Part shown: positions 50,101 through 59,678 of the stretch, piece after piece
Numbering within the stretch: position 1 is the stretch's first letter
Layout of the letters: each line of letters opens with the position of its first letter
Assembly (NCBI GenBank): GCA_002633005.1
Contig: NMRA01000534.1
Location: forward strand, 62,001-126,000
DNA: 64,000 bases
Source of the DNA: Phoronis australis
Lineage: Eukaryota; Animalia; Phoronida
Reading direction: 5' to 3'
The notes under the pieces: generated by a model
Told to the model about the DNA's origin: nothing
The model's input: the letters and a program-made list of their open reading frames with translations, nothing else
Database searches by the model: none
Translations under genes and position numbers: made by a program

Positions 50101-51581
50101 TCAAACCACCAAGAACAGCTTGAAATGGCTCCTACTTCTATTCTGAAAACACATTTTGAACAGTAACAAATGTTAAGCACTTGAAACTTCAGTCAAGACA
50201 CCAAAAGTGAATAAGTTATATATAAGATTTTACTTTTAACAGTATAAAATGTAACAACATCTGCCTAAATTTGCACTGCTTTTTGACAATGGCTACATTT
50301 TCATGCAAGCAACATGTGCAATTTAAATTTCTAAAAACTATAAAATTTGACAACAAACACATTTGTATGCACATGTGTGCGAATGTGTGTGCATTTGTGT
50401 CTTAAATTTATAAAGTGTACAACCTTTTTTGAGCATTCCTCGCTGAATGGTTTCCCAAAATCCTCCAGACTTATCTCCCCTCGCTCCAGTCTGAACCACG
50501 AACCATCTGGGTGACTTTCCCTTAGCACGTTCATGACAGTGCCTGGAGAGAGCTTGTTCACATTCTCAAATTCTGCAATCCAAAACATACAACTGAAATG
50601 ACTATTTACATTTATGGCTCACAATTTTGAAATTATATAGGTAACCATTGCTGTTCAAGCTTAACTAAATTTTTGGTTAGTAACATAATTTAGGCCTACT
50701 ATCTTTAGCAAATTCCATCACAAGCAAATCTTGCTTTGTAAATGAAAATAAGCATGTCCTATTTATATGTGGCAATGTAGCTCATGTGGTACCCTTAAAG
50801 TAAGAAAGTGTGATACGAAGCTAGTGTGAACTGTGAAACCTAGAATAAAGTAGGTCCAAAAACCTTGAATTATATAGTCCAAGCCTGATTAATATTGATC
50901 AAGCTTGAATAACATTGTTCAAGCTAGAATAATATTGTCCAAGCTTGAATAAAATTTCCAAGCTAGAATAAGTTTGTGTACTTTTTAGCTTGATTAATGA
51001 TGCCAGTAAGGATCTATTGACACAATAGGACGGTCCTAGATTACAGAGACACTTAAATCTTACGGTATGTACTTGCAATGTCCTTCAAGCAGTTCTCAGG
51101 GATTGTTTTCGATCTAACAGTTTCTCATGTCATTTGCTGATGCCTTGCTTTCTTCGACTTTTTCTCAACTGCATAAACTATATTTGACCTTCCAATGCCA
51201 GTGGAATTCTAAATTACTATTGTGCAACAGTGACTCCAATGGTAGAAAGTTGGATAAACTTGAAAAGTGTCCATGGATGCAATATTTTCCAGAATCAAAC
51301 TGACAATTCAAAAACGAGGTCAACGTAACAACGCGTTTCTATGCAGGACCATCTTATTGTTCCAAGTTTTTAATGTAAGACATCACTGCCTTGAACAAGA
51401 AACTGCTGAAGCATTTACCCTGGAACAAATCATAGGGATTTGGAATGAGCACGCCACCAATGTCAAAGATGACAGCCTTTGTACTGGGTTTGCTGTCTGT
51501 TGAGTGCCTCACGCTGGACATAACTGGGAGCTGTCTCTTCAAGCACTGTGTCACTGAGGGTCGCAGAATGGTTCTCAACAT
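29045..51581 (-). CDS. ACAD10: Acyl-CoA dehydrogenase family member 10 (HAD + APH-like kinase + ACAD), complete CDS of 21 exons, 3162 nt, 1053 aa
   Basis: All junctions GT-AG and phase-consistent. HAD motifs [20 protein letters not shown]; kinase HGQSNPT, HGDFRIDN, IDWE; [61 protein letters not shown]; ends SKL*. Confidence 0.93.
29595..29672 (-). CDS. ACAD10: ACAD10 exon 20
   Basis: [26 protein letters not shown]; phase 0-0. Confidence 0.92.
29790..30100 (+). mobile_element. Penelope-like element 3' relic (GIY-YIG C-terminus + pLTR remnant)
   Basis: [31 protein letters not shown] matches the PLE endonuclease tail pattern (L.I.EA..I....P.LN.Q); degenerate hammerhead-like core follows at 30059-30093. 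Confidence 0.7.
30552..30695 (-). CDS. ACAD10: ACAD10 exon 19
   Basis: [11 protein letters not shown]...[25 protein letters not shown]; phase 0-0. Confidence 0.92.
31792..31964 (-). CDS. ACAD10: ACAD10 exon 18
   Basis: [13 protein letters not shown]...[21 protein letters not shown]; phase 1-0. Confidence 0.93.
32569..32727 (-). CDS. ACAD10: ACAD10 exon 17
   Basis: [16 protein letters not shown]...[10 protein letters not shown]; phase 1-1. Confidence 0.93.
33171..33261 (-). CDS. ACAD10: ACAD10 exon 16
   Basis: [13 protein letters not shown]...NGHKWWTS; phase 0-1. Confidence 0.93.
33890..34027 (-). CDS. ACAD10: ACAD10 exon 15
   Basis: [15 protein letters not shown]...[10 protein letters not shown]; phase 0-0. 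Confidence 0.93.
34740..34880 (-). CDS. ACAD10: ACAD10 exon 14
   Basis: [14 protein letters not shown]...[18 protein letters not shown]; phase 0-0. Confidence 0.92.
35027..35279. repeat. 50-bp tandem repeat x5
   Basis: ttgggctgtactaccctgcttcaatatcacacataatatcacctcatcac, near-identical units, no spacers. Confidence 0.95.
35876..36042 (-). CDS. ACAD10: ACAD10 exon 13 (ACAD N-terminus)
   Basis: [24 protein letters not shown]...VETLK; phase 1-0. Confidence 0.88.
36709..36933 (-). CDS. ACAD10: ACAD10 exon 12 (kinase-ACAD linker)
   Basis: [17 protein letters not shown]...GSRHYSTV...; donor A|gtaagg; phase 1-1. Confidence 0.82.
38602..38955. mobile_element. Kolobok-like MITE copy, truncated (opposite orientation)
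   Basis: TTAA|cgttatgtgggaccc followed by the family core sequence. Confidence 0.7.
39601..39682. repeat. Perfect 41-bp tandem duplication spanning the ACAD10 exon 11 donor site
   Basis: acggggaaaggagtactcaccagctaacgacctcttgtaca x2. Confidence 0.95.
39662..39835 (-). CDS. ACAD10: ACAD10 exon 11 (kinase C-lobe)
   Basis: GIPT...[24 protein letters not shown]; phase 1-1. Confidence 0.92.
40312..40738. mobile_element. Kolobok-like MITE copy with internal 3x29-bp tandem expansion (40362-40448)
   Basis: gtaggacc left end, gtcttacatagac|TTAA right end; unit aaaggtacattgatagcaaaacaatggta x3, single-copy in the 57792 element. Confidence 0.7.
41301..41446 (-). CDS. ACAD10: ACAD10 exon 10 (kinase)
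   Basis: IDNLIYHP...[16 protein letters not shown]; phase 2-1. Confidence 0.92.
41670..41960. mobile_element. Foldback MITE (long imperfect palindrome)
   Basis: gattccatgg..taaaattca pairs with tgaattta..ccatggaatc; gcaaatcccaaacccgcacc pairs with ggtgtgggcttggaatttgc. Confidence 0.65.
42029..42179 (-). CDS. ACAD10: ACAD10 exon 9 (kinase)
   Basis: RWKKQYEAS...LTHGDFR; phase 1-2. Confidence 0.92.
42387..42568 (-). CDS. ACAD10: ACAD10 exon 8 (kinase)
   Basis: [16 protein letters not shown]...LDDYGKQG; phase 2-1. Confidence 0.92.
42588..42705. repeat. ~29-bp tandem repeat
   Basis: ttagcactggcatatttgtgtgtagcatg, 3-4 degenerate copies. Confidence 0.75.
43503..43618 (-). CDS. ACAD10: ACAD10 exon 7 (kinase)
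   Basis: [18 protein letters not shown]...VPVP; phase 0-2. Confidence 0.92.
43995..44089 (-). CDS. ACAD10: ACAD10 exon 6 (kinase)
   Basis: [11 protein letters not shown]...VLRKKP; phase 1-0. Confidence 0.92.
44571..44736 (-). CDS. ACAD10: ACAD10 exon 5 (HAD last helix + kinase N-terminus)
   Basis: [18 protein letters not shown]...[10 protein letters not shown]; phase 0-1. Confidence 0.87.
46477..46745 (+). mobile_element. Penelope-like element relic, GIY-YIG endonuclease
   Basis: [32 protein letters not shown]...[13 protein letters not shown], then frameshifted ...WFK*RVRKAVW...SLNR. Confidence 0.8.
47065..47370. mobile_element. Palindromic (foldback) element with tRNA-derived core
   Basis: About 70-bp inverted arms 47131-47201 / 47277-47343; tRNA-like A box TAGCTCAGTAG (47218) and B box GGTTTGAGCC on +; reverse B box at 47204-47213. 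Confidence 0.7.
48035..48112 (-). CDS. ACAD10: Putative alternative terminal exon 5a of ACAD10 (HAD-only isoform)
   Basis: actaaccag|GTG; phase 0; [25 protein letters not shown], paralogous to the start of exon 5 ([18 protein letters not shown]). Confidence 0.65.
   Translation of the reverse strand: MDSPEQALADLNKELGKDLVTVQQS
48566..48724 (-). CDS. ACAD10: ACAD10 exon 4 (HAD motifs III/IV)
   Basis: [13 protein letters not shown]...ESIFLDD...RAIQ; phase 0-0. Confidence 0.9.
49577..49771 (-). CDS. ACAD10: ACAD10 exon 3 (HAD motif II)
   Basis: [26 protein letters not shown]...LFDV; phase 0-0. Confidence 0.9.
50424..50572 (-). CDS. ACAD10: ACAD10 exon 2 (HAD cap)
   Basis: EFENVNKL...[14 protein letters not shown]; phase 1-0. 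Confidence 0.88.
50879..50972. repeat. ~20-bp tandem repeat x5
   Basis: caagct(t/a)gaataa.attg recurs. Confidence 0.75.
51419..51581 (-). CDS. ACAD10: ACAD10 coding exon 1 (presequence + HAD motif I)
   Basis: [10 protein letters not shown]...[15 protein letters not shown]; acceptor catcctag| 4 nt upstream of ATG implies a 5'UTR exon further upstream. Confidence 0.88.
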
Positions 51582-53169
51582 TACTCTAGGATGGAAGTCA
51601 CAAATGACATAAATTCAACACGATGGTATGAGAGGTAAATGGTAAGTGTTACTGCGAGATGTTACTGCGAGAAGGGTGACATTTCAATAACGGTCTCCAT
51701 ACAAAAAGGTGCCTTTTCAGACAATTACCAACAAAAGGGTTCACTGTGTCCTGTGAGACTTCGAAACTCTACAAAAAGTTCATTTTCCAACTACAAAAAT
51801 CTACAGAAGGCAAAATTCAATATTATCCACGTATGTATAATCTTTTGTTGCAAATAATGTAGTAATTTTTGAAAACGTAGCATTCCTACACTAGTGAAAA
51901 GGGTTAAGTTTGGAACAAAATGAGGTTACGGGGCAAAGGTTTGGCATGTTAAAGTTTCAGACCACCTCAACCCAGTCCTTACATGCAGGTAGAGGTCCTC
52001 TGTCCATATCTTTGAGGGTGAGAGCAGCTCACCACTATCCTTAACACTGTGCACAATGCGAAGAGTAAGGCATTTCACAGTAATTATATTGTCCTGCATC
52101 AGGGCTAGTTTATTAACTAGCCAGCTGTGTAATGACTGAACGTCAAAACAGCTTAACACTTGAACCAAGACCAAGTCTGACATTACAACAGTTACTTTTA
52201 GTACTATGCTGTGCTGCTCTGTACTACAAGTTGTAGTACAACTGTAAGTGCTTATAGTATCATTGACTGCATGCTCAAAATAACAGCCAAATACCTTGAC
52301 AAGTAGGAAAACTGGAAATTGCATACTCTAACACAAGACAAGACAAAATCCAATATGTGCAGCTACAACTGTCCATAGGTTCTACTCAGGCATTCATTCA
52401 TAATAAACATTGACAAACAAAAAGTAGGGGTCAAGTGGCTGTGCTCAACAGACGCATTACCTGTCTATCTATGGCTAGGCTTATCCAGTGTGCTGTGCTT
52501 GAACTTGTTATCCGGCTAAATCTCAAGACCACATATGCCTGAACTTGGAATACACCATGGACGTGGCGTGGTAAGTTCACTCTAATATTAATAATGTTCA
52601 CGTTGATAAAATTTTGCACAGCACTAAAATGACTAAAAGCAAAATAAATATTCATAAAGTTTTATTCACCAAACAGAAAGCGATTAACCATTCACACATT
52701 CCTCCGATTCTGTGACACAAGTTCCAGTTAATGAGAAAGTGGGTGATCGTGTGGCCAATAACTGCAAAAATTCTTTACTGTGATTTACTTAATTGCCTTA
52801 ATGAAGTTGAAGCAAACGAGATGCGAGATCTTGAGTCTAAGCTAAGGAGGATTCCAAGTTCACGCAAGGCAACACGACTCAAGAAATGCATCAGAAAAAT
52901 AAGCATTTCAGTAATGCATTCAGCATAAACAAGCTCCACACAATTCATAAAATAATAAGCAACTAAGAAACCACTTTCAACTCGATGATAACGACATATT
53001 ACCTCAGAAAATCGTTCCCAAAGTAAGTTCAAAGTACAGCATGTTCACTCATCTCGTCGTGGGCCGCGACCTCTGGTGACACGATTGAATATATCGACCA
53101 AAGCGCCCATGGCGGATCCATCGGGATATCATTTATAAGGCTATCTGTTGCACGTAAACTTGGAATCCT

Positions 53170-54610
53170 GCTTAATCTCAAATCTAGATACAATAAAGCA
53201 GTAGGAATTTGTTATGAAGTATGTAAAAATGATACCGTTATTGACCTTTTGATTTATTTGTTCCAAATGGTTTTTCGTTACGGTATGGTTCCTAGTTTAT
53301 GTGCTAAATCCGGTTATTATGCCTATTCCAAAGGGGTCAGAGAAGGACCCGCGCGTCCAGCTGAGTTATAGAGGTATCAGCTTATTGTCTAACGTATACA
53401 AGTTGTATAGTAGTGTATTGAACAATAGACTGGTTGAGTATGCGGAGGAAAACGGCCTCCTTGTTGATGAGCAAAATGGCTTTCGTAATGACAGAGCATG
53501 TGTTGATCACGTCTTTGTTTTGACCTCGATTAACGTAATCGCTTGAATAACAAACAATCCACATTTGCTACTTTTATTGATATGCAAAAAGCTTTTGGCT
53601 GGGTAGATAAGAAATAATTTACTTTTTAAAATGTTGGATCTTTTGATAGTTGGAAAAGTTTATGAATCGGTTAAAAATATTTATGCCAAAACTCAATCCT
53701 GTGTTAAGATTAATAATACCTTTACGGACTGGTTTTATACATCTTGTGGGGTCAAACAAGGAGATGTTTTATCACCTACTCTTGTTGCACTATTTATAAA
53801 TGATTTGGCAAAGGAATTAAAGCAGTCAAATTTAGGGATTCCTATCGGTGCTGATAATGTTTCATCTTTGTTTTATGCTGATCGTACTTGCCGAGAGCGA
53901 AGAAAATTTACAGGGTTTATTGAATATAGTTGATAAATGGTGCTCTAAATGGAGGCTAATTGTCAATCAGGAAAAAAATAATATTATGATCAGATCCAAG
54001 CATGTCTCTCGTAGTTTATATCCATTTCGGTTGGGTCGACTAGACCTAGAATATGTACCCAAATATAAATATTTAGGAATAATTTTAAATGAACATTTGA
54101 AGTTTTCTGAAAATGCTAAAACTCTATCCGAATCTGCCGGAAGAGCTTTGGGCGCTTTAATTGATAAATTTAAAAAGAATAAAAATATGAGGTACAGAAT
54201 GTTCACTACATTATTCAACTGAATGCTTGTGTTGTGCCTGTTAGAGATTATTATGTAGGTGTCTGGGGCGGCTCTAGTCTCAGACTGTAGGCTACAGGAT
54301 TATGATGTCATTCAGAATAGAGCCGCGCGATTTTTCTTGGGCGTTCACAAATTCGCTCCTAATCATGCTGTTATGGGTGACATGGGGTGGGAATTACCCA
54401 GTGTTAGGCGAAAAATTGAGCTTTTGAGAATATGAAATCGTATTATTAATTTCGAAGATGATACACTAACATACCGAATATTTTGGTGGGACTACACTAC
54501 TTGTACTAATGATTGGTCTTCTGAAGTTTTGAGCATTTTTGAAGAATTAGGGATTTCGGATTGTTTTCATAACTTACGTTCAGTAAATCTGTCTCACTGT
54601 AAGAACATTT
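53170..54610 (+). mobile_element. Degraded, 5'-truncated non-LTR retrotransposon (LINE, probably RTE/RTE-X-like) reverse transcriptase
   Basis: PIPKG...YRGISLLS...EQNGFR, GVKQGDVLSPTL, FYAD (53871, second Asp lost at a frameshift), YKYLGI, QNRAARFFLGV, spread over several frames with stops; clade is inferred. Confidence 0.9.
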
Positions 54611-54654
54611 TACATGATTTGGCCTGTAATAGGTGGTTGGTTTGTAGGCGGGTC

Positions 54655-54872
54655 TACACTGAGCCAAGCCGCCGAAAGCAGCGGCACGGCCCGACGTATC
54701 ACTGAGGTAGATGGACCTCCGTCAGCCATGCCGAAGGCGCGCAGGCAAGGCCCGACAGAGCAGGTATATGGTGCGGGTATTAGCCAAGCCCGACGCCGAA
54801 AGCAGCGCAGGTAGGGGCCTGACGGAGCAGGTAGGCGGGCATTAGCCAAGCTGCCGAAGGCAGCGCAGGCAC
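54655..54872. repeat. GC-rich imperfect repeats with GCCGAA(A/G)GC hairpin cores (4 copies)
   Basis: agcca...gccgaa(a/g)gc.gc at about 54662, 54724, 54782, 54844; GCTGCC-GAA-GGCAGC at 54850-54864. Confidence 0.7.
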
Positions 54873-57703
54873 ATCCCCGGGCGGGCTTTTCACTGACTAG
54901 GGTTCCGTGTAGTGCCGCGTCACGGAATGACTGAGCCGACAACCGTGACTAAAGTCACAGGCGGCGTACTGAAGCAAGCCTGCCTGCAACCCACACGTTC
55001 GTTCAGCGGTAGGGCGCTACTTTTTCAACTTAGTGTTGTCAGTCTGAATGACTTCAGCTGGTTCACATTTCCATCCGAACCACGAGGACAATTAAAATGT
55101 GCCTGATTAGTTTCCGAAAGAATTTGCCATTTCTGAAAGCCGGCAGCCTTCGTTTACAGCCCATGTTACGGTGTAGACAAATCAGTCTGCGGTTGCTCAC
55201 AAATAACACCGCAGGTCAGGTAGAGTTCCTGGTAGCACGTACGAGGTGCATTATGGTGCCGGCGGGGTTATCATTGGAAGTATTCATCTAAGAGTATTAT
55301 GTCCACAATAATTTCTTTTCCATATTTGTTACCCCAGCCCCTCCCGAGTACCCACCACTCAGCACTTTCGTTTCAGCCCCAATAGCCACTAGTCAGGGCG
55401 GTAGGCCTGCTATGAGGAAGCGGGGGGCCGCAGGGTTAACTAATCGTGGCAACCGACAAAGTATATAGGCGTGAAGCCGGGGACAGTCGAGAAAAGAAAG
55501 ACTGTGAAATACGGATAAGAGAGAAAATTCAAGAGAACATTTAACAACTCTGCATCAGTGCATGGTTTTTGTTTTGAGGGTTGACCCTGGCCAGGACATT
55601 GTACGTCGTTAGGCTCTCCGCTTTTGCAGCACAGGTCGTCTAAACGCACGAAATCAATCATAAATATACTTCGAAAAATCGAAAAAAAAATGTAAAGCGA
55701 AGCTTTTGCGGAGCGTACTAATTGATTTATCGGATTTTAAAATTCAATAAGTAAATCTTGCCAATGCAAAATTATTTTCCAGATGCCCCTCTCTGACAAG
55801 AAGGGATAGCGGAGACAACTTTCGCTTTATTTTTTTCTCGACCTGTTTATTACTTGAAAAAATTTGATGACCAGTCAGATAGCCTCAATTGCTGAGCATT
55901 TCCTGACATTTGAAAATATAAATATTTTGATATTTAGGGGCCCCGCACTTGAAGGCATTCAAGTAGCCACCCTTTTTGTGTTTTTATTGACAAATTCTCA
56001 AGGGGCCGCTCACGGAGAGAGGGCACAACGTTGGAATCCATTAGCCTACCTCTATTTCCTGTTTTTTGTGAAATCGAGCAATCGGCTTTCATGTTGAAGG
56101 AGGTCACTCCCTGCATCGTTTTCTTTATTCCAAGCTTAATGATATTTAGCTTTTCATCTTAAAGTGTCCCATTTCAGACGGTACCCTCTTTCGGTGGAGA
56201 AGTTCGGAGAAAATGTCCCTTTGTCCCTCTATACAAGTAAATCCGACACTGCCAAATATTTACGATGGAAATTAAGATTCCACATTCATTAAAAAACACA
56301 AAACATTCGTGCACAGCACAGTCATTCGACCCAAACAACCAAAAATGTGAAAAATACAGTAGGCCTATAGGATTGCCGCCATCGAAAGGGTGCAATTTTG
56401 AACGTGAAGACTACTATTTGTGAATTACACAAAAGGACTATTTCCGATGGTAGTTATAAAATAATGTTACTGTTTCCCGTAGTATCACAAGAATAGTATC
56501 TCTTTTGAAGATGGTTACTATGAGTTGTTTGTAAGGAATTCCCACATGTGGAAAACACTGGTGTCTAGGCTACTATTTGTGATAACCGTGTACATGCCGA
56601 AAGGGGGTACTCAGAGAACTCTCGCAATCATAAACAAAGATTTCAGCGTTTTGTGGAGTTCAAGTTTACCTCATGATAAGTTAAAGGTACCTCTGAGATG
56701 ATCAAAAACACACCTTAATACGAATGGCCTATCTCCCATATCCCGGGTTACCCGTGAAAAGTCTGCAAGCATGCATGCGGAAATTGCTTATAACATTCCG
56801 TTTTGCCACAAATTCGTTGGTTTCTGATTTACTTGTTTATGTATCTACAAAAATCTATAGATTCATGGATTTAGATGATTTTTGACACTGAGAAGCTAAT
56901 CTTATAAGAATTGATGAGGTTTCAGTGAATTTAATTGCACCCTGAAATTGGAAAAATTCTATAATCCGATCCCAAATAATAAAGTACACTTATAGACGAT
57001 TTATGCATATCTAAAATAATTCTAGTTAAGACATTGATGAAATTCGGACTCACAAACCGTAGATGGAAAAAGAAGTTTTAAAAATCTTTAAATAAATAAA
57101 CGCGTTGCTTGGAAAGGTTGTCTTTGCACTTCCTTGGTGTTTTTAGTTTCCACAAGTATTGAGCAGTGAATTTTTGTTCTTCAAAACTGAATTGATTGCT
57201 TGTCCCGATTCGCGTTGTTTGGCGAAGTCGCAATGGTTTGTGCACCCCAATAATTTTTGCCTTCCTAGGGGCCAGCTAGTTTCGCCTTACAATGTGCCCG
57301 CCGCGCCAACACCAGCTTCACTTTTCCACACCCTCCGTGACCCAGATTGTAAAATGGGTCAATAGATAGGTTACTTTCGCCTCCATCGCATTGCCTACGT
57401 ATTTTTCTGGGGGCCTTACACCAGTTTTTAATTTGTCTTACATGCGAAAGCAAGCTTGTGCCGACCCAACAGGAGAGAGTCTGCTGCGCTAAGCGTCCTG
57501 TCCCCATGTATTTTAATGTCAACATACGGTCCCGTTATTCAAAGAATGCCCGGGCCTCGGCATTCAAATACATACAAGCCTAGCACTAACTTCAGGCCGG
57601 GTATTCATGTCACACCTGGACATTTATTGAGTATTTTAAACCATGGGAATAATAAGCAGATGGGATGACTCCTTCAAAGAAAACAATTGCTAGTTTCAGG
57701 ACA

Positions 57704-57709
57704 TTTATT
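57704..57709 (-). other. Candidate NFS1 polyadenylation signal (AATAAA)
   Basis: TTTATT on +, at the boundary between AT-rich UTR-like DNA and repeat-rich intergenic DNA; alternative at 58370. Confidence 0.35.
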
Positions 57710-57791
57710 CAATGAATCTTAAACAATAACAAAATTACAAGAACAGAACACATGGAAACTAAAAGTATATGAACCATCTTTACCACTTGAA

Positions 57792-58240
57792 GTTATGTAG
57801 GTCTGTATGCACGAGTCTTTGCATTTAGAGACATATCTAGAAAATTATACACTATATATTGTCTGGAAGTAAAAAACCTGCAGAATTTGATTTTTTACCC
57901 ACCTGTTATTGATCGGTCACGTGACCATGTCTATTCAGAAAAATTTAGCAACAAAGAAAGGTACATTGATAGCAAAACAAAGGTATCATTACAATAAAAT
58001 GACCAAATGAAATTTGATATAAATGTTCTAGATGAGACATCAAAACGCTGTTACAGTTAAAGATTTTTCACGAAAATCATAAAAGTCCTATTTTTGATAG
58101 CCCCCCATGCAAAAATGGAACATTTTAAAGCAATTCCTGAAAAGTATGTGAAAGTTTCATATGAATCTGATGAGTCGTTTCCGAGATATGATGTTCCGAA
58201 GTCAGACAAATTTGTTCATTTTCATTAGGTCCTACATAAT
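57792..58240. mobile_element. Kolobok-like MITE copy
   Basis: agttatgtagg ... ggtcctacataa-TTAA with the family core. Confidence 0.7.
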
Positions 58241-59524
58241 TTAACGGAAGTATTTGGTCGTGATTTGAGGATAAATGTCATCAGATGCAAAACTAGCCTT
58301 GGCCACGTCTCAAACTTGTGGTTAAATCAAACCATCCAGGAAGAACATGTCTGCATTAGATTTTATATTTTTATTTACTGGCCAGAAGTTATTTAAAAAA
58401 AGCAACATTCTCACAGAAGTATACTAAATGATTTTACCAGAATGGTTACAATGTGACAGAAAACAGAAGATTATTAGTCAACTTAGCTACATCTGATGTC
58501 ATAGAGGAGAGTTTAATAAGCGTATATAGCTCTCTTAAATATACCCTTTCCATTTCTGCATTTTATTTTGATGTGAATGGTAATCTTTCAACATGAAAAT
58601 TGCAACAGGACAATGTTAAATGACACAGAACTTCATTTTTAGTCAAACGCAAACATATGCAGGGCTGAAATTAATAAATTCATACCATTTTAGTAAATAT
58701 CTTTCGATGATTCAACCTTATTCTATTTTCTAAACCTTGGTGAAAACAAAGAAAAGAGTTCATAAAGAAGATGCCGTATTGTAGCGCTCGAATTACCTTT
58801 TAAACTCTACAGGTCAAGACAAGTATTCATTTACGCATAGATAAGGTATAGCTTCACATTTGTACAATGTGATCTCACATCTGGTAACTTGTGCGCTTAA
58901 ATCAAATGAGCCAGCTCTTGCTAACACTTTCAAAATTATCTCTTGCAAGAAGCACGATCTCTTTATCTCAATACTCCAGAATGTATCCAACATTTTGCCA
59001 ACGACACTACTTCAAACATTTGATTTTCAAGGAAGGCATATGTTGGTAGGTTCATCCACCCTCCTTCACCACAGTGATTTTCAACTGCCTCACCATACGG
59101 CTGGATGTACTGTTTTTGCCCTGGTTAATGGCAGGGTGTTTAAATGTAAAATGTCAAAAATCAAGAAGTGGGTGTTCAGCTGAGCACAGCCATTTAAAAA
59201 CAAGTAATTCTGAAAAGTTGCCGTTTATCCAAACACCCAATTTGGATTAATGCCAGAGTTGTGTTGATGTACAAGCCACTTCAAATGCAAGATTTAGACA
59301 GAAGGCAGACAATGTGTGGCTTCAGGGATAAAACTAACCATGAACTCACTTTTGATATCACTCCCACCCTGAATCCATCAACTTTGACAGACCAGAGAGC
59401 AGAGAGATGAAAGACGTTCACAGTAAGATGCATGTATTTCAGCAATCTATAAACAAACCCTCACTCATATTTCATCAATACAGTGTCCATCCTACCCCCT
59501 GACATCTCACTACGTTGCCCTGTG

Positions 59525-59678
59525 CTAATGCTGGGTCCACTTGATAGATTTGAGATCTATACCCTCCTGTACCATCTCCCATAGTGGACTCATATCACGT
59601 AACCTCTTTACGTGTTTAATTACACGCTCTGCTGTGAAGTCGATCTCTTTGATAGTCGTGAATCGACCAATGCCAAAC
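59525..59678 (-). CDS. NFS1: NFS1 last exon (FGIGRFTT...WTQH*)
   Basis: ttttcag|; TAG at 59527-59525. Confidence 0.93.

Noticed and set aside
53301-54222. Active or domesticated reverse transcriptase gene
   Set aside because: Several frameshifts and stops, broken YADD, no endonuclease or 5' end
54610-55291. Short ORFs in the GC-rich island
   Set aside because: Expected from stop-poor GC-rich repeats; no domain similarity recognised
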